DNA from: Octopus sinensis
Taxonomy: Eukaryota
Direction: 5' to 3'
Assembly: GCF_006345805.1 (NCBI RefSeq)
Contig: NC_042997.1
Location: forward strand, 98,704,001-98,768,000
DNA: 64,000 bases
Positions 51,835 to 64,000 of this stretch are shown piece after piece. The notes under the pieces were generated by a model. The model had not been told where the DNA came from. It did not search any database and was given only the letters and a program-made list of their open reading frames with translations. Position 1 is the stretch's first letter, and the number at the start of each line of letters is the position of its first letter. The translations under genes were made by a program, and so were the position numbers.

Positions 51835-52062
51835 CCGACAAATTTTTCTGTAAAATATGGATAGTTTATCCTGTTCATGCTATATTATTAGCATTATCTT
51901 GCATTTGAGAATAAAATTATTACCTTATCTATATCTTTCAATACATATCAACGCTTAAAAAGCAAACTTTGTTGACTTTTAACGTAAGATGAATTTAACA
52001 TACGATAGCTTCCTATGAAGCTAGATTTATATATCCTAAATTTGTAGAAGAATTTATCGTTC

Positions 52063-52136
52063 GGACGGTTTAGCTTATTGGTAAAGCACTTGACGCGTAA
52101 TCACTGGGATGTGAGTTCGAGTCTTATGGTTGGCTA
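52063..52136 (+). pseudogene. tRNA-Thr(CGT)-like pseudogene, duplicate about 302 bp downstream
   Basis: D arm GCTT-ATTGGTA-AAGC, loop CGCGTAA and T arm GTGAG-TTCGAGT-CTTAT. The 3' flank is also duplicated. Confidence 0.55.
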
Positions 52137-52508
52137 CCGACAGATTTTCCTACTAAATATGGTTAATTTATCCTGTCCATGCTATATTATTGGCATTATC
52201 CTGCATTTGAGGATAAAATGATTTTATATATATGTATGCACACACACACATGTATATGTGGATGTTTATGCGTGAATGCATCTTTAAGCACAAATTTAGA
52301 TATGTATTCATACACGCGCACCCATGCACAATATATATATATATGTGTGTGTGTATGTATGTATGTATCAGTGGTGACTCCGGCACTCGGGCTGTTTTGA
52401 ACGTGTATCTTCAAGCACATTTAATTTCTACTGACACTGACTTCAATTATGGAATTTCAGCCAATAACTCAGGCTCCTTTTATTGAGTCTGGTCGCAGTT
52501 CATTTATT

Positions 52509-53541
52509 TTCATCAGCTCAGAGATTTCTTCTGATTTGGATTTGAAAATACTAAGAACCAAACATACCCATCCGATATATGTAACATCGGACAAACTATG
52601 CTGGACACCCAGTACTAGCGAATCCAAAAATACAAATGAGATCTATTATTCTCCCTGTCCACCCACGTGAGTCATAGAGTAGTGCATTTCTACAGAGGCG
52701 AAAACTGCAGTTCAAATTCTTGGAGAGAAAGCATTATATTGTCAGTAAAAAAGGGTAGAATTAATTAATTGTTAATCAATTCGACCAAGCAGTATTCGGT
52801 ATGTAAAAGGACCATTTACGGTATATTTGAAGTATTAATTTATAAAAATATGAGTATGCATTGTCTGGAGGCTTTTACTTGCAGTTGAAGAAATAGCCAA
52901 ATTTTTGGCTGCTATTTCTGAAAAGTTCGGTGTGCGGTAAAGTGAATTTTTTTACTTTACCATATTTTTATAAATTAATACTTCAAATATACCGTAAATG
53001 GTCCTTTTATATACCGAATACTGCTTGGTCGAATTGATTAACAATTAATTAATTCTACCCTTTTTTACTGACAATATAATGCTTTCTCTCCAAGAATTTG
53101 AACTGCAGTTTTCGCCTCTGTAGAAATGCACTACTCTATGACTCACGTGGGTGGACAGGGAGAATAATAGATCTCATTTGTATTTTTGGATTCGCTAGTA
53201 CTGGGTGTCCAGCATAGTTTGTCCGATGTTACAGATATCGGATGGGTATGTTTGGTTCTTAGTATTTTCAAATCCAAATCAGAAGAAATCTCTGAGCTGA
53301 TGAAGGAAAAGTGGCGTTTAACCCACGAATCCAGAAACAGGCTGTTCTCGGGTATCTTATATGGATGTGATCTTTCATTGTTTTTCCCTTATACCTATGT
53401 GAGTTATTTTCTGAGTATGCATTGTCTGGAGACTTTTACTTGCAGTTGAAGAAATAGCCAAATTTTTGGCTGCTATTTCTGAAAAGTTCGGTGTGCGGTA
53501 AAGTGAATTTTTTTACTTTACCATATTTTTATAAATTAATA
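52509..53541 (+). mobile_element. PLE-type non-autonomous insertion: 344-bp inverted arm + 561-bp unit + 130-bp terminal redundancy
   Basis: Arms at 52509-52852 and 52961-53304 (two mismatches seen). 52851-52980 is repeated at 53412-53541, then (TA)n follows. Confidence 0.85.
53291..53352 (+). ncRNA. type I hammerhead ribozyme candidate
   Basis: UCUGAG-CUGAUGA-A-GGA(AAA)GUGG...CCAC(GAA)UCC-A-GAAA-CA(GGC)UG-UU^CUCGGG. Stem I is 6 bp including wobbles, the cleavage triplet is GUU, and there is an A.A mismatch at the base of stem II. Confidence 0.7.
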
Positions 53542-53929
53542 TATATATATATATATATATATAGCACCGATACAGAGAGACGCACACATACATATCTATG
53601 TATCTATATTGCTATATTTGTTATCTGTCTATCGAGCAACACTTTGTCTCTCTCATTTCATGCATGCGGGTGTGAGGGTGTGTGCGTGTGTGTGTGTGTG
53701 TGTATCTATCTCACTACAATTCTCCAGCCATTGTACATATTTTTATAAGCATTTTTATAAGCATTTCTAAGCTTTGGTTCTAAAGAAAAAAGCAGTTGTT
53801 TTTCGCTTCATTAATCTTTTCCTTATATTCTTTTCTCATATTGCTTTTCACTAAATAGGTCATGACTTCAGTATTACTCATCATATATATATATGTAATA
53901 CTGCATAGTACATTCAAGCACACATATAC

Positions 53930-55599
<1,670 letters not shown>

Positions 55600-55613
55600 C
55601 AATGAAACCAAAC

Positions 55614-55663
<50 letters not shown>

Positions 55664-55944
55664 TATATATATTCTCTTATAGGTTTGAGATTGCAGCTAT
55701 TACTAATCGTAGCGACTAAAGTTTGTGTTGACCTTAAAAGGCAATATCTAATTACAGAATTAAGGGTGATGCGATTGCTACTTCGGAGTAACCCTTATTT
55801 TCAAAACCATGCACACACACACACACGCACATAGTCACACACGCATATATAGTTGTGAGTATGTGAGTGTGTGTATATGTATGCATGCTTTATGTATGTA
55901 TGTATGTATGTATGTATGTATGTATGTATGTATTTATGTATGTA

Positions 55945-56100
55945 TGTATCATTGTGTGCTCAGAGGTTTCCTTCCCAAATACATGGTCTTCCGCTCAATC
56001 ATACTGTATAACACCCTGGACAAGTGTTTTCTTCTATTAGCCTCGTGCTGACCAAAGACTCGTAATTGGACGTCGTAGACGGAAACTGAAAGAAGCCCGT
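55945..56100 (+). mobile_element. SINE family B copy
   Basis: GGACAAGTGTTTTCTTCTATTAGCCTCGTGCTGACCAAAG...GACGGAAACTGAAAGAAGCCCGTC. Confidence 0.6.
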
Positions 56101-56106
56101 CATGTA

Positions 56107-56140
<34 letters not shown>

Positions 56141-56142
56141 GA

Positions 56143-56443
56143 TATATCACGTGACTGAGCAGACCATCAGATGTTGTGTCACATCGCTGGTCACAATGCC
56201 TTCGCATTGTTTTAGCCTTCGAATGACGCCACCCTGCTGGCTAAGCGAGCAGGCCAACAGAAGAAAGAGTGAGAGAAAGTGTGGTAAAAGAGTACAGCAG
56301 GGATCACCACCCCCTGCTGGAGCCTCGTGGAGCTTTTTAGGTGTTTTCGCTCAATAAACACTCACAACGCCCGGTCTAGGAATCGAAACCGCGATCCTAC
56401 GACCGCGAGTCCGCTACCCTAACCACTGGGCCATTGCGCCTCC
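56143..56443 (-). mobile_element. tRNA-derived SINE (family C), full length
   Basis: The minus strand has GGCGCAATGGCCCAGTGGTTAGG (A box) and GGTTTCGATTCC (B box). Confidence 0.8.
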
Positions 56444-56464
56444 ACACACACACACACACACACT

Positions 56465-56519
<55 letters not shown>

Positions 56520-57349
56520 ATATATATACATGTGTGTGGGTGGGTGCTTGTGGTTGTGGGTGTCTTTTTCTCCACCACCATATCTTGACAACATATGTTG
56601 GTGTATTTACGTCCCCTTAAGCTAGCTGTTCCTCAAGACAGACCGGTAGCATAAGTCCTGGTGATGATTTCTTCGACTGAAACCTTTTCAGGTGGTGCTC
56701 GTAATTGGCTGCAGTCAAATAATTCAAACAAATAAAAGAATATATATACCTACATATAAACCTATGTATATAAGTGTGCGTGTGTGTCTGAGCGAGTGTG
56801 GTGTGAGTGTGTGCGTGTGGGAACGCGTGTATGTATAGTAGTTTGTGTGTGTGCGGCAGTAACTGCGTGTGTGTTTCTGGTAGTGTGTATGCGTGTTGTG
56901 GTGACGTTGTATGTGTGTGTGTGTGTGTGTGTAAGTCTGCGGTCGCGTGTGTGTGTGTGCGCGCGCTATTAATTGTATATATGTGAGTCGTATTAACTGT
57001 TTGTGTGTGTTAGTGTGTGTAGTCTGTTGGTGTGTGCGTGCGTGTTAGAGTCTGTGTACGTGTATGCTCTAATGTGGTTCTGAGAGTTCAGCACCTATAG
57101 TAACAGGTGAGGGAATGGGTGGGTTTGGCGGTGTTTGCCGGTGTGTGTGTTTGTGTGTGTGTATGTGCCTACCTCACTACAAGTCTACAGCCACTGTAAA
57201 TCTTTACGTAACCACCAAACTATTTCTCAGTTTTGGTGATATGGTTTTTTGTTATGATATTTTCTCATATTGTTGGTAACTAAATAGCGCATGACCTCAA
57301 TGTTACTCACCACACATATGTAATGTATATGTATATAACATCCGTCTCT

Positions 57350-58150
57350 TTTCTCGACATTTCGGTCAGCATTCATCACTCCACTCTCAGCCACCTTCAC
57401 CCACTACAAACACACCAACAAACACTCATACCTCAACTTCTAATCCTCCCACCTCAAAGACACTAATCTCTCCATCCCCTACTCCCAGTTCCTCTCTCTG
57501 TACAGGCTCTACTGTGTCAACCATGAATTTGAGACTCAGTCTCAACTCATGGCTCGCCACTTCATCCTTCATGGATATCCCCTCTCCACTATTCACACCG
57601 CTCCCGTCAGAGCACGTTCCGTGGACCGTGCATCTGCTCTCTTGCACGTACCCGCGCCGCCGTTACCCGTCGGCCGTTTCGAACCCTCCACCCTATCTCT
57701 CCAACGCACCATTCTCCGATTCCTCTGGCGACTCCAGTCCAATCACTCCACTTCGCACATCTTCCCTAACCTACCCCTCCCCTCCTTCAGATGACCTCAC
57801 AACCTATTTGACCTCCTAGTCATTAGTTTCTTCCGTAACCCCACCTCCCAGCACGTCTCGTTCCCCTGCTCCCGTCCACGCTGCTGCACTTGCTTCTACC
57901 TCCCCAATACCACCATCCTCACAGGCACCTATCATCGAGCCGATCATATCACTGATTGAATCACCTGCACTTCTAGCAATGTCATTTACTGCACCTCCTG
58001 CTCTCTCTGTCCTCTGTAACTCGGTCAGACGAGACGCCGCTTGGCTGATCGGTTCGAGGAACAGCTTCGAGCCATCAGACACCGCAACGACAGCCTGGGC
58101 TTGCCATTTTCGTTCTACCGGTCATTTTTTGCACCACCTGTCTGTGTTCA
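57350..58150 (+). mobile_element. Penelope-like element ORF relic (RT thumb + GIY-YIG)
   Basis: SIPYSQFL, MARHFILHGYPLSTI, FPNLPLPSFR.PHNL.DLLV, PCSRPRCCTC and TCTSSNVIYCTSCSLC..GQTRRRLADRF. Confidence 0.9.
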
Positions 58151-58578
58151 GATTTTTCTTGCACAGGGGCCATCACACTACAACACCACACATCACCACA
58201 CATCACCACACCACTCCACCACACTACATCGCATCACCAATGCACACACTGGCATTGACCATTTCCCAGCACCCACGCTACACCACACCCCACAAAACCA
58301 CATCACACCACCCCGCACACACTAGCACTAGCAATTTCTCAGCACCCACACGATCATATACACACCAGCACATGCACACATCCACACATCAAGGTCACCA
58401 GCCCCTATCCACACACATGCTCTCACATACACACGCATGCGCACCTTCGTTTTAGGATCACAACTACTTTATAATCTCACCTTCTTCCTAGCTCTCCTGT
58501 CTGATCACTTCTGTCCGGCCATCGCCATGATTGACCGTTAGCTTTTTTTTTATTCTCTCTGTTTATTTTCTCGAGTTC

Positions 58579-58614
58579 CTTTCTGTTGAAGAGCGTAGGC
58601 TCGAAACGTAAAAG
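58579..58614 (+). ncRNA. minimal hammerhead with U6 variant core in PLE 3' repeat
   Basis: CUUU-CUGUUGA-A-GAGC(GUAG)GCUC-GAAA-CG-UA^AAAG, with palindromic stem III ACGU. Confidence 0.65.
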
Positions 58615-59171
58615 ACTTTGTCGCCTTCCCGAGCGTTAAACTAATGCACCAGTTCGCTGTATACACACCTGTCTTCGTTTTTTGTGTTTTTTTATATTCC
58701 AAATATATATTGGACTATTACTAATCGGAGCAATTAAAATATGTGTTGGCCATAAAAGACAATTTTAACTGTTTGCATGCGCTTGGGTGAGTAGCATGTG
58801 TGCGTGTGTGTGTGTGTTAGGATCTGTGTACGTGTGCAGTGAAATGTGCCTGTATATTCTAATGTCTCTCTCAGAGGTCAGCAGCTACAGTGACAGGTGT
58901 GTGTTTGTACGTGTGTGTGCATGTGTGTGCTGTGTGCGTGTTTGGGAGTGGGTGTTTGTGTGCGGGTGCGTAGGATTATGTGGGGCGTGTCTACGAGTAA
59001 AATCACTAGAAAGCAGTTAAAAGCACATAGAATCATACTACTATAAATAAGAATTGAATCATATTAAAATACAATAAATGACACGATACACACCATAAAG
59101 TAGAGTAGCTTAGTGAACGAAATGAAATTAGCTGTGTTGTCTTCTTTATCGGTATTGGAGCTTATATTGCA

Positions 59172-60780
59172 CTGTAGTTCCCTTATCTACCGTTAGACGT
59201 CGTCACTCGTAATTCTCGCGATTGGTTTGAATTCAGATTTGTTTACACCTGTTTATCGGTTACTTTCTCATTCTCATTCATTTGTGACTTTATTTTTTTT
59301 TCCCCATTGCTCTTAATTAAATTCATAGTGAAAGTGGTAAGCGTCATGCTATAACACTGGAAGATAAACTGGCTGTACTGAATCGCCATGAAAAAGGTGA
59401 AAAAGTGGTAGCTGTTGCGAGATCTTTTTGGATGCGTCAGACAACTGCATCGACAATTGTACATAATAAGGACAAGATTTTCGCATATAGCAAATCTGAA
59501 ACCCCAGAGATGAATACTGCCATCAATAAGAAAAGAGGCAAAATCTTTCAAGAAATGGAAAGTCTTTCGCTTTGGATTGTTAGGTTGAATCGTCAGCGTG
59601 CTATTATTATTCAAGAAATCATTCAAGAGAAAGAGTTGCTTGAGGACCTGAAGAAAAAATATCCAGATGAGAAAGATGTAGAGTTCAAGGGAAGTCAAGG
59701 ATGGTTCATGCGATTTACGGAACCAAGAAGTTATCACTCCATTAAGAAGCAAGGCGAAAGTGCATCAGCTGATGAACAAGCTGCAGCAGAATTTCCTAAT
59801 GCAAGAAAATCATCGAAGTAAACGGATTTCTTCCCGAACACACTTTTAACATAGACGAACTAGATTGTAATGGAAAAAATGCCAGACCGTTCATTCATTT
59901 CTAAGGAGGAGAAACTATTCCAGGCTAAAAGGTCTCAAAGAACGTGTGACCATTATGTTGGGAGGTAACTGTGCAGCAGATTTTCAGTTAAAGCCATTGC
60001 TTGTGTATCATGCACGCAACCCCGTGTCCTGAAGAACATAACCAAGGCATCTCTCCCTTTTATATGGATGGCTAATTCAAAAACATGGGTTACTGTTGTT
60101 GTTTTTTAAGATTTATCCTAGCAGCAGAGAAGTACTGTAAAGAGAAGGGGCTTGTTTTTAAGGTTTTATGTATCTTAGATAATGCGCCTGGCCACCCGTA
60201 AAACATCGCGGATTTTGACCCCAATATTACCGTCGTATACATCCCTCCGAGCACCATGTCTCTTCTGCAGCCAATGGATCAGAGAATAATTTCTATCTTC
60301 AAGCGTTACTATATAAAGTGTGCGCTGCGACAATTAATAGCTGCAACTGATTTTGATGAGTCCGTCACACTTCGTGTCTTTTGGAAGAGATACGATACCT
60401 ACAAACTGTGCATAACATAACAGCGGCATGGAATGATGTGCAGAGCACGGCTATGAATTGTGTATCGAAGAAGCTATGCCTGCAATTCGTGAATGATTTT
60501 AAGGGGTTTGATTATGTTGTCATCAACAAAACGTTGGTGACTACGAGCAAAGAACTGGAAATAGATTTGGAGGAGGAGAAACAGACAAGCAGCCCCCGAC
60601 GAACGAGGATTTGACAGAGCTTCACGAGCACCAAAATAAAGACAATGAGGAAGTCGAGCCTGAGCCATATCACTTTATCATTAAGAAAATGCAGCAAGCA
60701 TTTGCACATATCGAAAAAAGTCTTTGTTTGAAGATATGGATCCAAATGCTCAACGCTTTTCCAACATTATGGCTACCTCA
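59172..60780 (+). mobile_element. Tigger/pogo transposon relic
   Basis: KRHAITLEDKL, EFKGSQGWFMRF, GESASAD, FNIDE, SKERVT..LGGN, LDNAPGHP and TMSLLQPMDQ. Confidence 0.9.
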
Positions 60781-62250
60781 TACCAAAGCAGGTCTCACCA
60801 GGGATGAGATTAATGACGTGTTGGCCGCCAGAAAATCTATTATTTAATTTGATACCAAGCTATAGGTCCTTAAAGATGCACCCGACAGTTTTGATGTCAC
60901 GATGGGAAGTACAGATTCAGCACAAATCGCTGATTTGATGTATGTATATCATTTATGAGATGGGTGACCAATTACCAAACATCAATGGAGGTCTATATCG
61001 TGAAGATTGTCTACTGCACCTTCAAAATACTTCTAACGAAAAAATACAAAAGGTTAATTTTTTCCTAAACATGGGCTTAAGCATTGTTTTTGACGATGAT
61101 GTAACGAAAACCAACATTTGGATATTACCTTTAACTTGCATAATGATTCGTACTTCCCACACCATGAACCCTCAACTAATTTAAAATATATTAGCTCTTT
61201 CAGTAATCACTGTAAGGCTATTAGAAATAATCTAGTTAGGAACATTACACTTAAACTTTCTAGATTATCTGCTAATGTTGACATCTTCAACAGTATAGCT
61301 AAATAACTCTGCCTTACTTAAAGCAGGCTATAAAGAAAAAGATACCTATATTAACCCTATTGACATTAATTCTAACTATTAATCAGGACATGAAATCAAG
61401 TTGTAACGATATTAACAATTTTAATGTTATTTTGAATAACATCACCAAATCGAGTAATGTATTTTTGCAGCGTAAGGAAGATAACCGTTATTTAAGACCA
61501 TTTTTTCATTATAAAGGTACTTCGATGACTTGTAAAGATAATTGCCCTAATAACAAGGTATGTCCTAGCAAAACTGTTTGGTTAATAATTCCATATCGTA
61601 AACAGATCAAATCTAACCTCCCTTTCAAGTTTTGTGAAGCAATGGAAAAGACTTTCCCAAGAATTTCAAGATACTATTTGATTATTATCTCACACCGCAT
61701 TAGGATAGGTTTTTCTAACGCACAAAATCTTTCACAAATCATCTCTTTGCATAATAATAAGTTATTAAATACAAAGCCATTTACTGAAAATACTAGCATT
61801 AATTTTGTTAATACTAACCATTCTTTAAATCATAGTAACAGCGGGGTTATTGTTTCTGAAATCAACTCCAATCGCTTTCGTTTTCTTAGCAGTAATTCTA
61901 AGACTGAAAACACTACTTACCAATGTAAAATTACTTTCGGTTCTGACGTCTTTTATTACATAGGTATTTCTTCATCTCAGTTATGCAAAAGAATATCTAA
62001 TCATTACTCTACATTTAGGCATATCAATAAACGTGACAATAAATTGCTTAGTAAATTAATCTGGTAGTCAAAGATCATAATAAACAATTTCATTAGGAAT
62101 GGAATATTCTTTCTATTTGTTTACCGTAAACGTTTCTGCTCGCTTTGTAATAGCGAAATGTTTTATATCCTATTCTCAAAAGACCCCTTTGTAAACAATT
62201 ATATAGAACGCGTTTATCATTGCAAAAATTGGCAGAAACATTACCTTTAG
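60780..62250 (+). mobile_element. Penelope-like element relic (RT core, thumb, GIY-YIG), 5'-truncated
   Basis: FDVTMGSTDSAQIADL, GLYRED, DITFNL..SY.P......YISSFSNH and YYIGISSSQLCKRISNH.STF...LLSKLIW. Confidence 0.88.
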
Positions 62251-62550
62251 TTCCTACAAGTGATTTCTACTATTATATATATAATTTGACCTTTGTTTTC
62301 TTCCATTTCACGTCCACTAAATATATCTAATTCCACGCTTTTAAGCTTTATTCTAATTCACTCGTCGCTATATATTTCTCCACTATTAGTTTTCTGCTAA
62401 TTTCTTTCCTTCTCCACATTCTCTTTCTATATGCTACCTTTGACGTTATATCTGCTAACGTTTCATTAAAAATTAATAGCGTTCCCTTCATCATTACACA
62501 CAGTCATCACATTCTGTTAAAATGTCTTATTGATGTGTTTTGTTTCTTTC

Positions 62551-62638
62551 TTTCGCTGATGAGAAGATTGCATTGCTTTACACCATTCTATTCCTTCTGG
62601 AATAATACTAATGTTGTCTTCGAAACATGTGTCGGAAG
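62551..62638 (+). ncRNA. type I hammerhead with long stem II in PLE 3' region
   Basis: UUUCG-CUGAUGA-GAAGA...UCUUC-GAAA-CA(UG)UG-UC^GGAAG. Stem II extends to about 13 bp plus an inner UAUUCC/GGAAUA hairpin. The first pair of stem I is a G.G mismatch. Confidence 0.75.
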
Positions 62639-62733
62639 TAAAATAATTTGAATAACACATGCATTTAACTCTATATATATATAGAGAGATAGATACATAC
62701 ATACATATATACGTATGGTATATATGGGTATAT

Positions 62734-62784
<51 letters not shown>

Positions 62785-63075
62785 TATACGTATGTGTGTC
62801 TTTGTGTCTGTAATCCCCCCACCCACGATCGCTCGACAACCAGTTATGTTGATTTTACGTACTCGTAATGTAACGGTTCCTCAAAAGAAACTACGCGTAC
62901 AAAGAATACGTCCTGAGATTGATTTATTTGACTAAAACCCTTTAAAGTATTGCTCGGTCATGGCCGCCGTCAAATCACTGGAACAATTAAAAGAATATAT
63001 ATATTCAGAGATGTTGTTATATTTTAAAATGAATAAATAATTTTATTAATTACCTCTCTATTTTCTCCTTATTCG

Positions 63076-63112
<37 letters not shown>

Positions 63113-63115
<3 letters not shown>

Positions 63116-64000
63116 CGGGTAGTCCGGAAAGTTCGTGCCGATTTATAGTAGCTTACATTTGAGTCCATAAAATAGGATTTGACAACACCTCCATTTAGAA
63201 CACAGTTTAAGCTATCTTTTCGTGGAAGAAGGTTTATGTTCCTATAATCTGTGTTAATTCCGCAACCCTTTAAAATGGAAGATAAGAAAGTTCATTTTCG
63301 GCACTTGATGCTTGTCTTTTTCCGTAAAGCGAAAAATGCCTCACAAGCAACCAAAGAAATATGTGCAGTTTACGGTGATGTTTCTTTATCCGAAAGAACT
63401 GTCTTGAAGTGGTTCACAAGATTCCGAGCTGGAGATTGTTGCCTTATTGATAAAGAGCGATCAGGCAGACCATCCACTACAGATGATGACTAAATCAAGT
63501 CATTAATTGAGAATAACCTACATTGCACAACCGACAATTGGCAGAAATCCTCCACCTATCAAAATACTCGTAACGCTTGGGTACACAAATTCGCTACGAT
63601 GCTTGGGTACCACATAAGGTGGGTGAGAAGAACCTTTTGGATCACATTACACTCTGTGATTCTGAATGAAAATGCGCCTTTTTTAAAGCAAATTGTGACA
63701 GGTGATGAGAAATGGATCATTTACCAAAATGTTCAGAGAAAGCGATCCTGGAGTAAGCGATATGAGCCACCCTTAGCCACCCCAAAAGTGGGTCTTCACC
63801 CTAAAAAAGTCTTGCTTTCTGTCTGGTGGGATTAGAAAGGAATTCTGTACTATGAGCTTCTCCCAAGTAACCAGACAATTAATTCTGAGAATTACTGTGC
63901 ACAACTGAATGAGTTAAAAGCAGCAATTCAAGAGAAACGTCCAGAATTGGCCAACAGGAAGGGTGTTGTATGCCAACATGATAATGCAAGACCGCACGTT
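63113..64000 (+). mobile_element. mariner transposon, decayed, running off the window end
   Basis: MEDKKVHFRHLML (ATG at 63275), IVTGDEKW, LHPKKVLLSVWWD and HDNARPH. Confidence 0.92.

Overview
AT-rich, microsatellite-laden animal genomic DNA. The tRNA-derived SINE families look like those of Octopus, but this is an inference from recognition, not a search. No host protein-coding gene could be supported; nearly all listed ORFs are simple-repeat artefacts or transposon debris. The window holds RLE-type (R4/Dong-like) LINEs, CR1 and RTE fragments, Tc1, mariner and pogo relics, a Helitron nested in a Tc1 terminal repeat, many SINEs and several Penelope-like element (PLE) pieces. The main result is hammerhead ribozymes (HHRs). 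A young head-to-tail array of about 5.6 x 403-404 bp at 49333-51598 carries one canonical minimal type I HHR per unit on the minus strand, which is the architecture of a circRNA-producing non-LTR retrozyme. About ten further intact, variant or decayed HHRs occur in PLE 3' ends, a tRNA-headed SINE-like element and fold-back cassettes. Several inversion breakpoints sit at or near the ribozyme. All structures were read by eye, with no folding, database search or activity test.
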